Of a DNA stretch of 64,000 nucleotides, positions 38,855 through 47,591 are shown one piece after another (the first letter of the stretch is position 1; the number at the start of each line of letters is the position of its first letter). Origin of the DNA: Planctomycetota bacterium (GTDB lineage Bacteria > Planctomycetota > B15-G4); contig CBDFJQ010000002.1 of assembly GCA_965248575.1 (NCBI GenBank), positions 288,001 through 352,000 on the forward strand. Direction: 5' to 3'. Under the pieces are notes generated by a model that was given only the letters and a program-made list of their open reading frames with translations, ran no database searches and had not been told where the DNA came from. The position numbers and the translations under genes were made by a program.

Positions 38855-39742
38855 CTAGCGCGTCATGACCTCTGCGCCGTCCGTCCCGACGTACATCGTG
38901 TGCTCGAACTGGGCCACGCGCGCCGGCCCGTGCTCGACCAGTGGTGGATAGCCGAAAACGGCTCCCACACGGGTGAGGTCGCGCAGGCTGCGCTCGGTGA
39001 GATCCTTGCCGTGTTCGCGTGCCAGCTCCCGGCGGCTGAAAGGCATGCCCCGACGCGCCATGATCTGATCGATGATGCCCGTGTCCACGTGCTTCGGCGG
39101 TTTGAGTTTGCGCCGAGCTCCGAAGACCTCGGCTCGACCCTGCTCTTCCACGTAGCCACGGCCCGTGGTGGCGAAGGGCTCGATGCAGATCATCATGCCT
39201 TCCTTCAACACGCCCGTTGTTCCCTCGGGCACATTGGGCATGGCCGGCGAGCAGTGAATCGTAAAGGGGGCGATGCCATGCCCTGTCAAGTTGGCCACGG
39301 GTTGATGGTCCAACTCGATCATGGTGGTCTGGATCGCGGTTGCGATCTCGCGGATCTTGCGCCCGGGGCGAACCAGGGCGATGGCGGCTTCCAAGGCTTG
39401 GCGCGATGCTTCCAGCAGACTCCCGTGGGTGTTGCCGAGTTCCCGGGTGGAAGCGCCGTCCGCGATGCAGCCGTCCACATGGACGCCAAAGTCGAGCTTG
39501 ATGACATCACCCTCTTCGAAGGCTCGGGGGTCGTCCAAGTCGCAGCAGTCGTGGGCGGCCACGTGATTCACGGATGCCTGCGCTGGAAAGGCCAGCTCGG
39601 CACCTTGGGAGCGGATGTAGTCCTCCGCTGCATCCAAGACGCTGACATAGGTGACGCCGGGAGCCAGGGACTCCAACGCGCGTCGGCGCGCTTCCGAGTT
39701 GATCCGGCCTGCCTCTCGGTACTTGTCTAGGTCGACTCTCAT
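38855..39742 (-). CDS. map: methionine aminopeptidase, type II
   Basis: LAFP...SVN.VAAH, KLDFGVHVDG.IAD, NLTGH, IEPFAT.G.G, helical insert and YPPL...VAQFEHT. Confidence 0.92.
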   Translation of the reverse strand: MRVDLDKYREAGRINSEARRRALESLAPGVTYVSVLDAAEDYIRSQGAELAFPAQASVNHVAAHDCCDLDDPRAFEEGDVIKLDFGVHVDGCIADGASTRELGNTHGSLLEASRQALEAAIALVRPGRKIREIATAIQTTMIELDHQPVANLTGHGIAPFTIHCSPAMPNVPEGTTGVLKEGMMICIEPFATTGRGYVEEQGRAEVFGARRKLKPPKHVDTGIIDQIMARRGMPFSRRELAREHGKDLTERSLRDLTRVGAVFGYPPLVEHGPARVAQFEHTMYVGTDGAEVMTR

Positions 39743-40091
39743 GGGGCGGGCATGATACTGAGAAGAGCGGCAGAATCGCCCCCTGTGATCGTGCTTGGAT
39801 GCTTGTGGTGCTCCATCCGCAGTCACGCGGCCAGCCGTTGACGCCCCAGGGCTGCCTCAAGGGCCTCTGGGACCTGAGGTCCCACGGCTCAGTTGAGGCT
39901 GCCATGCCGCCGTTTAAGGATGTCCCTGCGCCCAGGAGATGCCCGTATACTGAGGCCTTGCTTGGGAGCCCTCCCGAACCCGAACCCGAACGGGTGCCCA
40001 GGTGCTGTGCCTCATTCGTTTCCCAGAGCCCGCTCTCCCATTGAGCTCTGGGGCGAGATCCTCGTCACTCTCCCTTAGTTGAGGACAAGCC

Positions 40092-40655
40092 ATGCTTCGC
40101 GCGTGCCTTTCCGCGTTGTTTGCAGGAGCTCTCTACCTGCTGACAACCGTATCGTCTGGATCGCCAGTCGCCGACCCTTCCTTCCGCCCTGCCCCGCGCA
40201 TGGACCAGAGTTGCAAGCCGCAGGCTGCGGTTGCCGTGACGTTGGGACAAGGGGAGAGCTCCGCCGGTTCCCGCGTCGATCTGGAGTGGTCGATTCAGCC
40301 AGGGCGCGGCATGAGCCATCTCGAGTGGGCGCTGCAGCTGCCCGATGACAGCGTCTTCCTGGAAGGGGAACGCTCTGGCCTTGCTGCGGCTGAGGAAGGT
40401 TCGCTGACCGCCGGCATGACTTCGGTGTCCATGCCCGAGGACGGTCGTTTCCGGAACGCGCGACTCATCGTGAGCGGTAGCTTCCTGGGCTCCGACGAGA
40501 CTGGAGCGACCTTCGAGGAAGCTTTCGAAGTCGTGACGCATTTGAGCTGGGGGGAGCCCGACACGGTGGCACCCGCCGTGCTTTCACCGGAGTCTATCAG
40601 CGGCGAGATGACGACCTTCATCGCCTTGCCCACCATGCATCGGGAAGGACGGTGA
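40092..40655 (+). CDS. exported beta-rich protein (module partner, copy 1)
   Basis: GAGGA RBS; signal peptide; SCKPQA; ends ALPTMHREGR; paralog of 43222..43851. Confidence 0.75.
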   Translation: MLRACLSALFAGALYLLTTVSSGSPVADPSFRPAPRMDQSCKPQAAVAVTLGQGESSAGSRVDLEWSIQPGRGMSHLEWALQLPDDSVFLEGERSGLAAAEEGSLTAGMTSVSMPEDGRFRNARLIVSGSFLGSDETGATFEEAFEVVTHLSWGEPDTVAPAVLSPESISGEMTTFIALPTMHREGR

Positions 40656-40659
40656 ACTG

Positions 40660-42936
40660 ATGAAGAACGCCATCCTGACGTTTGCTGCCCTGTGCCTGGC
40701 GACGAGCTTCGCCATGTCGCAGACCTTTACCGTGACCGGTAAGTTCGAGTACGAGGACAAAGGCTGGAGCTACAACGGCTGGAATGGAAGCGACGGCTTC
40801 CGGCCCATCCGCAATGCCGATGTGACCGTGCTCAACAACTCCACCAGTGCCGTGATCGGTACGGGCTCCACCGATCCGTCCGGTGAGTTCTCGATCGTGG
40901 CCAGCGGTACGGGCACCCTCAATGTGGTCGTGCGCGTGAACGCCGACACGAACCTGCACCCGACTTTCCAGCGCATGCGGGTGACCACCACCGGAAACGT
41001 GGAGTACACGGCCTTCAGCCCTGTGTTCAACGGGCACAACACGGCCAACCCGCTCGATGTGGGTACGACGACCGTTCTGAAGTCCCTGGCCGGCTCCGAT
41101 GAAGGCAACCCCTTCAACATGCTCGATATCGGTGTGAGTGGCTTCAACTACATCCTTGGCCCGCTCGTCAACGACACGACCAAAGGAACCATTCGCATGA
41201 ACTGGCCCGGGGGCGGTGGCTCATTTGCCAGCGGTTCGACGCTGACCATGTCCGACGACGATGGCTATGACGATGCGGTCGTGCTGCATGAGTTGGGTCA
41301 CGTCGTCCAGAACCTCTACTCAGACAGCGACAACACGGGCGGTTCGCATTTCTTCGGCGACAGCGACCAGGACCCCCGGCTCTCCATGGGCGAAGGCTAT
41401 GCGACCTTCTTTGGCGGCACGGTGATGGTGCACGAGCTGAACCGCGCGGCGCACTACATGGACGCAAACGGTTCGTCCCAAACAGGTGGTGTGCAGCTGC
41501 GACTGCGCCTCGAAGAGCGCACACCCTATGCGGGTGATTCCTATGGCGCGGCTGACGAAGTGGCCGTGGCGTGCTGCCTGTTCGACATCCTGGATGACGA
41601 GAACAGCCCGGACCAGAACAACACCACGGACGACGACGACATCGACTCGTCCGTACTGATCAATGGCCTGAACGTGCATCGGGCCTGGTGGGATGTCTTT
41701 GAAGGTCCCGTTGATGTGGCACCCAATGTCGTGATCAACCACGCCTGGGATGGCTGGTTCAGCGAGCATGGTGTGGGGGGCATGCATACGGAGATGAAGG
41801 ACCTGTATGACGCCCACCGCATGCGGTTCTATGAGGACATCGACGAGCCCAACAACACCTCCTTCGAGCCGGTGCTCGTGACGGCTCCTTCGGCGTGGAG
41901 CCCGACCCGGACCCTCTACAAGTCGACGGCGACGCCACCTGCTCCGGGCGTGGGTGACTTCGACTGGTATTCGGCGGAGATCGTCCAGGGCTCTCAGATC
42001 AGCATCGAGACGCGCTACCCCGGGGCCGCTTCGGATGCCGACACCCAGTGCGACACCGAGATGTCCCTCTGGGACGAGTCGCTCACGAACGTGGCCACGG
42101 CACAGTCGGGCGGGACCGGTCGGAACGCGAAGATCAGCAACTTCCTGGTGCCCAGCACGGGGCTGTGGCGCTGGCGCATCCGGACAACGTCGTCGTTGCG
42201 CTTCTATGGCAGCTACAACTGGCGCATCACCTACGACTTCGAGAACTTCCTGCCAACCGTGGATTCGGGTCCGTCGGCTGTGCCGAGCACGATCACGGAC
42301 GACATCACCTCCATGTTGTCGGCGGTGGCCTCGGACGCGAATGCTGGGCAGGTGCTGACCTACACGTGGACGCCCCTCGCGGGTGGCACGATCGTGGGCT
42401 CGGGGTCGTCGGTGACCTTTGACCCGCCAGCCGTGCTGTCGTCGACGGTGTTCAACATCCAGTTGACGGTGTCTGACAACCTGGGGGCCACGACCGACCC
42501 CTTGGTGGTCCAGGTGACCGTCAATCCCTCGGGCAGTCCGTGCGGAGCACCTGCTTCCACCACGGCCGCTGGAGTGGGCAAGCCCGGTCAGGTTGGTACG
42601 CCTTCCCTGAACCCGGTCGGACTTCCCGTGGTGCCCGGCACCAACTTCAAACTGCAGCTCACCAATGCGCTGCCGCTTGCTCAGGCCTGGGTGTTCGTGG
42701 GCTTCTCGTTGACGCCGGCTGCTTTTGATGGGGGCACCCTGTACCCCGCCATCAACAAGATCTTCCTGGCTGGCATCCCGGGCAGCGGGACGCTCGACAT
42801 GCCGATTCCGCTCACCGACCCAGCCTTCTGCGGTGTGGCGTTCTATGCGCAGGTCCTGGTGCCCTTCGACCCGGGTGCCACAGGGACCTACCAGACCTCC
42901 CAGAGCAACTACGTGGAGGTCGTTCCGGGTTCCTGA
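40660..42936 (+). CDS. secreted zinc metalloprotease with PPC-like, Ig-like and C-terminal domains
   Basis: Signal peptide; DDAVVLHELGH...GEG; D.DWY and RNA.I PPC-like domain; LTYTW and LTVSD Ig-like domain. Confidence 0.85.
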   Translation: MKNAILTFAALCLATSFAMSQTFTVTGKFEYEDKGWSYNGWNGSDGFRPIRNADVTVLNNSTSAVIGTGSTDPSGEFSIVASGTGTLNVVVRVNADTNLHPTFQRMRVTTTGNVEYTAFSPVFNGHNTANPLDVGTTTVLKSLAGSDEGNPFNMLDIGVSGFNYILGPLVNDTTKGTIRMNWPGGGGSFASGSTLTMSDDDGYDDAVVLHELGHVVQNLYSDSDNTGGSHFFGDSDQDPRLSMGEGYATFFGGTVMVHELNRAAHYMDANGSSQTGGVQLRLRLEERTPYAGDSYGAADEVAVACCLFDILDDENSPDQNNTTDDDDIDSSVLINGLNVHRAWWDVFEGPVDVAPNVVINHAWDGWFSEHGVGGMHTEMKDLYDAHRMRFYEDIDEPNNTSFEPVLVTAPSAWSPTRTLYKSTATPPAPGVGDFDWYSAEIVQGSQISIETRYPGAASDADTQCDTEMSLWDESLTNVATAQSGGTGRNAKISNFLVPSTGLWRWRIRTTSSLRFYGSYNWRITYDFENFLPTVDSGPSAVPSTITDDITSMLSAVASDANAGQVLTYTWTPLAGGTIVGSGSSVTFDPPAVLSSTVFNIQLTVSDNLGATTDPLVVQVTVNPSGSPCGAPASTTAAGVGKPGQVGTPSLNPVGLPVVPGTNFKLQLTNALPLAQAWVFVGFSLTPAAFDGGTLYPAINKIFLAGIPGSGTLDMPIPLTDPAFCGVAFYAQVLVPFDPGATGTYQTSQSNYVEVVPGS

Positions 42937-43018
42937 GTCGCTCGTCAGTCCTGGCCCTCTCCGGTGCTTCCGGGTCACTCCTGGGCTTGAATTGGCAGCG
43001 GTTACGTGAGCATCAGAT

Positions 43019-43060
43019 CGGGCCGGAGCTCGGTGGAATCCACCAGCTCCGGCCCGTTTT
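43019..43060 (+). terminator. intrinsic terminator
   Basis: CGGGCCGGAGCT-c-GGTGG-aat-CCACC-AGCTCCGGCCCG followed by TTTT. Confidence 0.78.
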
Positions 43061-43221
43061 CGTGGAAGGTGGGCCGAATTCTGCCTCTCAGTCCCCACAG
43101 GGCCGCGACGCGTGGCTTGGGAGGGAGGGGGGAGAGATCCGTCTACAGATGTTGATGGATAGAAGTCGATCCATGGCTTTACGTGCATTCGTCCGCCGAG
43201 AGGCGGATCGCGCGACCCACC

Positions 43222-43851
43222 ATGACGACGCGCCTTCTTCCCAGACCACTGCTCAGCTGGCCCTCAGCGATCGCCTGCCTTGCCTTGGCCGGTGTGCTGG
43301 CCGGTGTGCCCGCACCCACCGCTCTGCCTGGGGGCGTCCAGCCCGCGGGCCATGCGGACAGCGGGGTCCCGGTGTCCTGGCCGATGGGTGCTCAGGCCTG
43401 CAAGCCTCAGGCTCCGATCGAGATGGACCTGGCTGTGTCGGCTGTCAGTGGGCTGCGGGAGGGCTTCGATGTCAGCATCGAGCTGGAGCCCCGCCTGCCC
43501 GTGACGCAACTTCGGTGGTCCCTCCAGCTGCCGCACGGCCTGCGGGCCCTGGAGCCCACGGCGGGAGTGGAGGTGCTCGCCGTGGGCGAGCGCGCACAAC
43601 GAACTCTCCGTCTCGAGTACTCCGAGCTGTCGTCGTCCGCACGCGCAGCCAGCGTGTTGGGCGAGTTGAGCCTCACGGTCGAGGCGGAGTGGCCGACCAG
43701 CTCCGGAACGGCGCGGGTCAGCCGGCGGCAGGCCCTCCGCTTCGGTGATCCTGAGTCGCTACCTCTGCAGCTGCAGGAGTTCCGGAACGTCGAGAGCGGC
43801 GCGCGTTCGAAGGTCATGGCCTTGCCCGTCAGCCATCGCAGCGGGCGTTGA
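43222..43851 (+). CDS. exported beta-rich protein (module partner, copy 2)
   Basis: Signal-like N-terminus; ACKPQA; L.W.LQLP; ends ALPVSHRSGR. Confidence 0.72.
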   Translation: MTTRLLPRPLLSWPSAIACLALAGVLAGVPAPTALPGGVQPAGHADSGVPVSWPMGAQACKPQAPIEMDLAVSAVSGLREGFDVSIELEPRLPVTQLRWSLQLPHGLRALEPTAGVEVLAVGERAQRTLRLEYSELSSSARAASVLGELSLTVEAEWPTSSGTARVSRRQALRFGDPESLPLQLQEFRNVESGARSKVMALPVSHRSGR

Positions 43852-45494
43852 TGATCATGGGCCGTGGGAACTCAGTGCTGACCTCGCTCGTGCTGCTTGC
43901 CGTGGCCGCTTTCGGAACTTCCTCCTCTGTTCTTGGGGCAAGCTCAGGACCCGCCGCTGTCAGCTTCCTTGTCACCGGCCGCTTCGAGTACGAGGACAAG
44001 GCCTGGGACGCGATGGGGTGGACCGGCATCGATCCCATACTGGCCATCCGTTCCGCCGATGTGGTGGTGATGGACGCGGCGCGCGACAAGGTGATTGGGC
44101 GCGGCATGACGGACAACCAGGGTGAGTTTTCCATCGTCTGCAAGAGCAAGCAGCCCACGGTCGACCTCCTGGTGCGCGTCGACAGCGAGAGTCGGACACG
44201 CGCCAAGGTGCAAAAGAACTTTCCGCGCTTGAAGGTCGTGAACCCGAACCGCGTCGTGTATTCCGCCTTCGCTCCCATGGAGCCAGGGCATCCCGTGGGC
44301 TCCGATGTCGATGTGGGTACCACCACCGTGCTCAAGACGGTGGCGGCGGGCAAGGAAGGCAACCCCTTCAACGTCTTCGACATGGCTGTGGGCGCCTTCG
44401 AGTACGTCACCGCTCCGGAAGTGGGCATGTCACGCAAGGTGCGCACGCTGCGGGTGACCTGGCCGAGTCCGGCCGGCTCTTTCAGCATCGGGCGGCGAGC
44501 CTGGGTCGGGACCCATGACGGCTATGACGACTCGGTGATCCTGCACGAAGTCGGACACCTGGTGCACAACGTCTACAGCGACAGCGACAATCCGGGAGGA
44601 GCTCATTTCTTCGGTGACTCGGACCAGGATCTGCGCCTGGCCTTCGGCGAGGGGTGGGCCACGGCGTTCGCCGGCATCGTGTCCGCGCGTTTGGGCATGC
44701 CCGCCATGTATGTGGACTCCAACGCAAGTGCCCAGGTGGATGGAGCCCAGCTGATACTCGACTTGGAGTCGGCGGCACCCTTCGAAACGGAGGCCGCAGG
44801 GGCCGGGGACGAGATCGCCGTCGCCTGCGTCTTGTTCGATCTGCTCGACAGCTCCTCGGAAGGGGACGGCCCCTCGGATGATGATGGGATGGCCGCCCCC
44901 GCGCAGGTGGATGGCTTGAGCCCGACCGAGGCCTGGTGGGATGTGTTCGTCGGGCCCATGCGAAGGACGTCGCGAGTCAATGTGAACCACGCCTGGGACG
45001 CATGGCTCACTCGCTACGCCCAGCCTGAGTACGGAAAGCTCGTCGATGTCTTCGAAGATCGGCAGATGGATTTCTGGGACGACGACTTCGAGCCGGACAA
45101 CAGCCCCAGCACGTCCCAGGCAGTGAGCGCCATGGCCTATGGCTCCTGGAGCGCCGATCACACGCTCTACAGCGCCGGCGCTGGGAACCCCGGCCCGGGC
45201 ACAGGGGACCGGGACTGGTACTCCATCCAGCTCAAGGCCGGGCAGAGCGTAGAGATCGAAACGCGCTATCCCGATGGCATCACGGACGCCGGGACTCAGG
45301 TCGACCCCTTCCTGGCACTCTTCGATCCATCAGGAAAGCTCGTGGCCAAGGACGACGATTCGGGCTATCGCCGCAATGCCCTGGTGCAGCTGGGAAGCGC
45401 CAAGACCGCCGGGACCTGGCGCTTTCTCGTGCGCTCACGAAACAAGCTGAATCGCTACGGTCGCTACAACGTGCGGGTGCTCGTGGACAACTGA
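43851..45494 (+). CDS. secreted zinc metalloprotease with PPC-like domain (paralog of 40660..42936)
   Basis: TGATG overlap with upstream gene; TGRFEYEDK, EGNPFN and DDSVILHEVGH...GEG motifs. Confidence 0.85.
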   Translation: MIMGRGNSVLTSLVLLAVAAFGTSSSVLGASSGPAAVSFLVTGRFEYEDKAWDAMGWTGIDPILAIRSADVVVMDAARDKVIGRGMTDNQGEFSIVCKSKQPTVDLLVRVDSESRTRAKVQKNFPRLKVVNPNRVVYSAFAPMEPGHPVGSDVDVGTTTVLKTVAAGKEGNPFNVFDMAVGAFEYVTAPEVGMSRKVRTLRVTWPSPAGSFSIGRRAWVGTHDGYDDSVILHEVGHLVHNVYSDSDNPGGAHFFGDSDQDLRLAFGEGWATAFAGIVSARLGMPAMYVDSNASAQVDGAQLILDLESAAPFETEAAGAGDEIAVACVLFDLLDSSSEGDGPSDDDGMAAPAQVDGLSPTEAWWDVFVGPMRRTSRVNVNHAWDAWLTRYAQPEYGKLVDVFEDRQMDFWDDDFEPDNSPSTSQAVSAMAYGSWSADHTLYSAGAGNPGPGTGDRDWYSIQLKAGQSVEIETRYPDGITDAGTQVDPFLALFDPSGKLVAKDDDSGYRRNALVQLGSAKTAGTWRFLVRSRNKLNRYGRYNVRVLVDN

Positions 45495-45522
45495 GTTCCA
45501 ACGAGCGCTACCATCCCCGGCC

Positions 45523-47532
45523 GTGGCACCTATGATTCCGCCCATGAACGGGATCAGCCGCCCAGCGAACACTGCCCGATGGGGGCTCGCGATGTTGCTG
45601 GCGCTGGTGGCCGTTGCGGGCTGCTTCCGGGTCCAGAACCTCGACTTGGGACTCCATGCGCGAACAGGTGAGTGGATCCTCGAACACCGCGAGGTTCCCA
45701 ACACCAATGTGATGTCACCCATTCACGGGGACTATTCATCGGTGCACGACAAGTGGGGCTTCCAGGTCTTGGCCCACTTGGTCTGGGACGGTGGCGGGGC
45801 GTCCGGTGTGATCGCGCTCCGACTCCTGTGCATGCTCGCGCTGTTCGCCGTGCTGTGGCGGACGGCGATGCGCTTGGGTGGCTCGCCCGGCCTGAGCCTC
45901 TTCGTCCTTTCCCTCGCGTTGCTGGCCATGCGCTCCCGCTTCCTGTTTCGTCCAGGGCTGGTGAGCCTGCTGTTCCTGGCCCTCGTCCTGCATGGGGTCT
46001 TGGTGTCCCGTGCGGACGGGCGCAAGCTAGGGTGGCTCGTGCTGTTGCAGTTGATCTGGGTCAACGTGCACGGTTACTTCTTGCTGGGGTTTTTGGCAGT
46101 GGGTGCCGTGGCCGCCGGGCATTTCGTCCGGGGGCTGCTCGGTCGCCGGGACGGTTACCGCGTGGGGCTGCGACTGGCTGTGCTGGCTGTGGCCATGGCC
46201 CTGGTTTCCTTGCTCAACCCGTCGGGGGTTGAAGGTTTCCTGCATCCCTATTCCATCCTCCAGGATCTGCATACGCATCTGGATTTCTACCGCCAAACGA
46301 TCGATGAGTTCCGTCCGACCTTCGCCAGCGACCCCCGAGGTTCCGTGGATCGATGGGCTTTCCTCTCGCTCTTCGGATTGTCGTTGCTCGCCCTGCTCTG
46401 GGATGGCCTAGGGCGCCGGAAGGCGGCGGCATCGGAGGCTGCATCCGGGTACACGGCGCAGGCCGACGCTGAGAGTGGCGACGCCAGTCATGACGCGCCG
46501 CAGCGAGTAGGCCTGGGAACCCTGTGGCTTCCCGCCCTGATGCTCGTGGTGTTGTTCGGCGTCATGAGCCGGACCTTGCGCCGCAGCATGGCGCTCTACG
46601 CCGTAGCCATCGCGCCCCTGCTGGCTGCCTCCCTGACAGCTTGCCTCGGGCGAGTCCGTGGGCCACGAACGCTGGCTCCTGCGGGGGGCCGGCTGGGTCT
46701 GCTCATCCCCGGTTTGTTTGCGCTCTGCATTGCCGGGCTGGAACTCAGCGATTGGACTTCCGTTCATGACGGGCTTGAGCGCCGCAGCGGATTCGGCGTC
46801 TCGCGCCTTGCCTATCCCGATCGGGGTCTCGCGTTCTTGGCGGAGGAGTTGCCGCAGCACGATGTGTTCACCGCCTTCCGCTACGGCAGCACCCTGACGG
46901 GCCGCCGCTGGCCGGAACAGGCTGCAGCGACCAATGGCAACACGCACGGCTATCCCACGAGCTACTTCATGAGCGTCATGAAGGCCGTCTCCATGGAGGA
47001 TCCCATCGCCTTCGACCGCCTCGTGGATCAACACGGCCACACGGCGGCGCTGATCCCCATGGACTGCCGCCTGGCGGCGAGGCTCTTGAGGCGAACGGAT
47101 TGGCGGCTCGTCGTCCTGGGTGTGAGCGAGGCGCTCTTCGTCAGGGGGGATGGCGTGGACGAAACGTGGCTTGCTCGGCATGACCTGGAGCAGCGCCTGC
47201 GCAGGGGAGATCGCCTGGGCCAGGAGGACATCCCTGCGTCGCCAGCCTGTGGCACGGTCTTGGGGATTCCCAAGAGCTGCCGACCTGGGACGGAACTGGC
47301 CGCCGCCGTCATGTTGCGCGGCGCGGGGCTGCGGGACACAGCCCAACACATGCTGACCCAGGCCCTGGGACACAGCCCTGACGACTCCGAAGCCCTCTCG
47401 CTGCAGCTGCTGTTGGCGGTCTTCAGAGGTGACGAGCTGGTCACCGAGGACGTTCAGCAGCTCTTGCGACGCCCGGGGTTCAATCGTTTCGAGGGGGAGC
47501 TTCGCGGCCTCCTTGACCCGGCCTCTCCGTAG
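45523..47532 (+). CDS. polytopic membrane protein, GT-C glycosyltransferase-like, with C-terminal helical/TPR-like region
   Basis: DLG.H..TG..I, RP...S, W.N.HG.F..G, LLNP.G and I.EF.P patterns; many TM helices. Confidence 0.7.
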   Translation: MAPMIPPMNGISRPANTARWGLAMLLALVAVAGCFRVQNLDLGLHARTGEWILEHREVPNTNVMSPIHGDYSSVHDKWGFQVLAHLVWDGGGASGVIALRLLCMLALFAVLWRTAMRLGGSPGLSLFVLSLALLAMRSRFLFRPGLVSLLFLALVLHGVLVSRADGRKLGWLVLLQLIWVNVHGYFLLGFLAVGAVAAGHFVRGLLGRRDGYRVGLRLAVLAVAMALVSLLNPSGVEGFLHPYSILQDLHTHLDFYRQTIDEFRPTFASDPRGSVDRWAFLSLFGLSLLALLWDGLGRRKAAASEAASGYTAQADAESGDASHDAPQRVGLGTLWLPALMLVVLFGVMSRTLRRSMALYAVAIAPLLAASLTACLGRVRGPRTLAPAGGRLGLLIPGLFALCIAGLELSDWTSVHDGLERRSGFGVSRLAYPDRGLAFLAEELPQHDVFTAFRYGSTLTGRRWPEQAAATNGNTHGYPTSYFMSVMKAVSMEDPIAFDRLVDQHGHTAALIPMDCRLAARLLRRTDWRLVVLGVSEALFVRGDGVDETWLARHDLEQRLRRGDRLGQEDIPASPACGTVLGIPKSCRPGTELAAAVMLRGAGLRDTAQHMLTQALGHSPDDSEALSLQLLLAVFRGDELVTEDVQQLLRRPGFNRFEGELRGLLDPASP

Positions 47533-47591
47533 TGAGCGCGGAGCGCGACCTGCGTCCCTCGAGCAGGAGATGCGGGCGGGGTGGGCGGCAG

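Noticed and set aside
39973..39991. (CCCGAA)3 intergenic repeat
   Set aside because: Too short and isolated to assign a function.
41320..43188. 622-aa - strand ORF
   Set aside because: Antisense to the metalloprotease gene; no recognisable domain.
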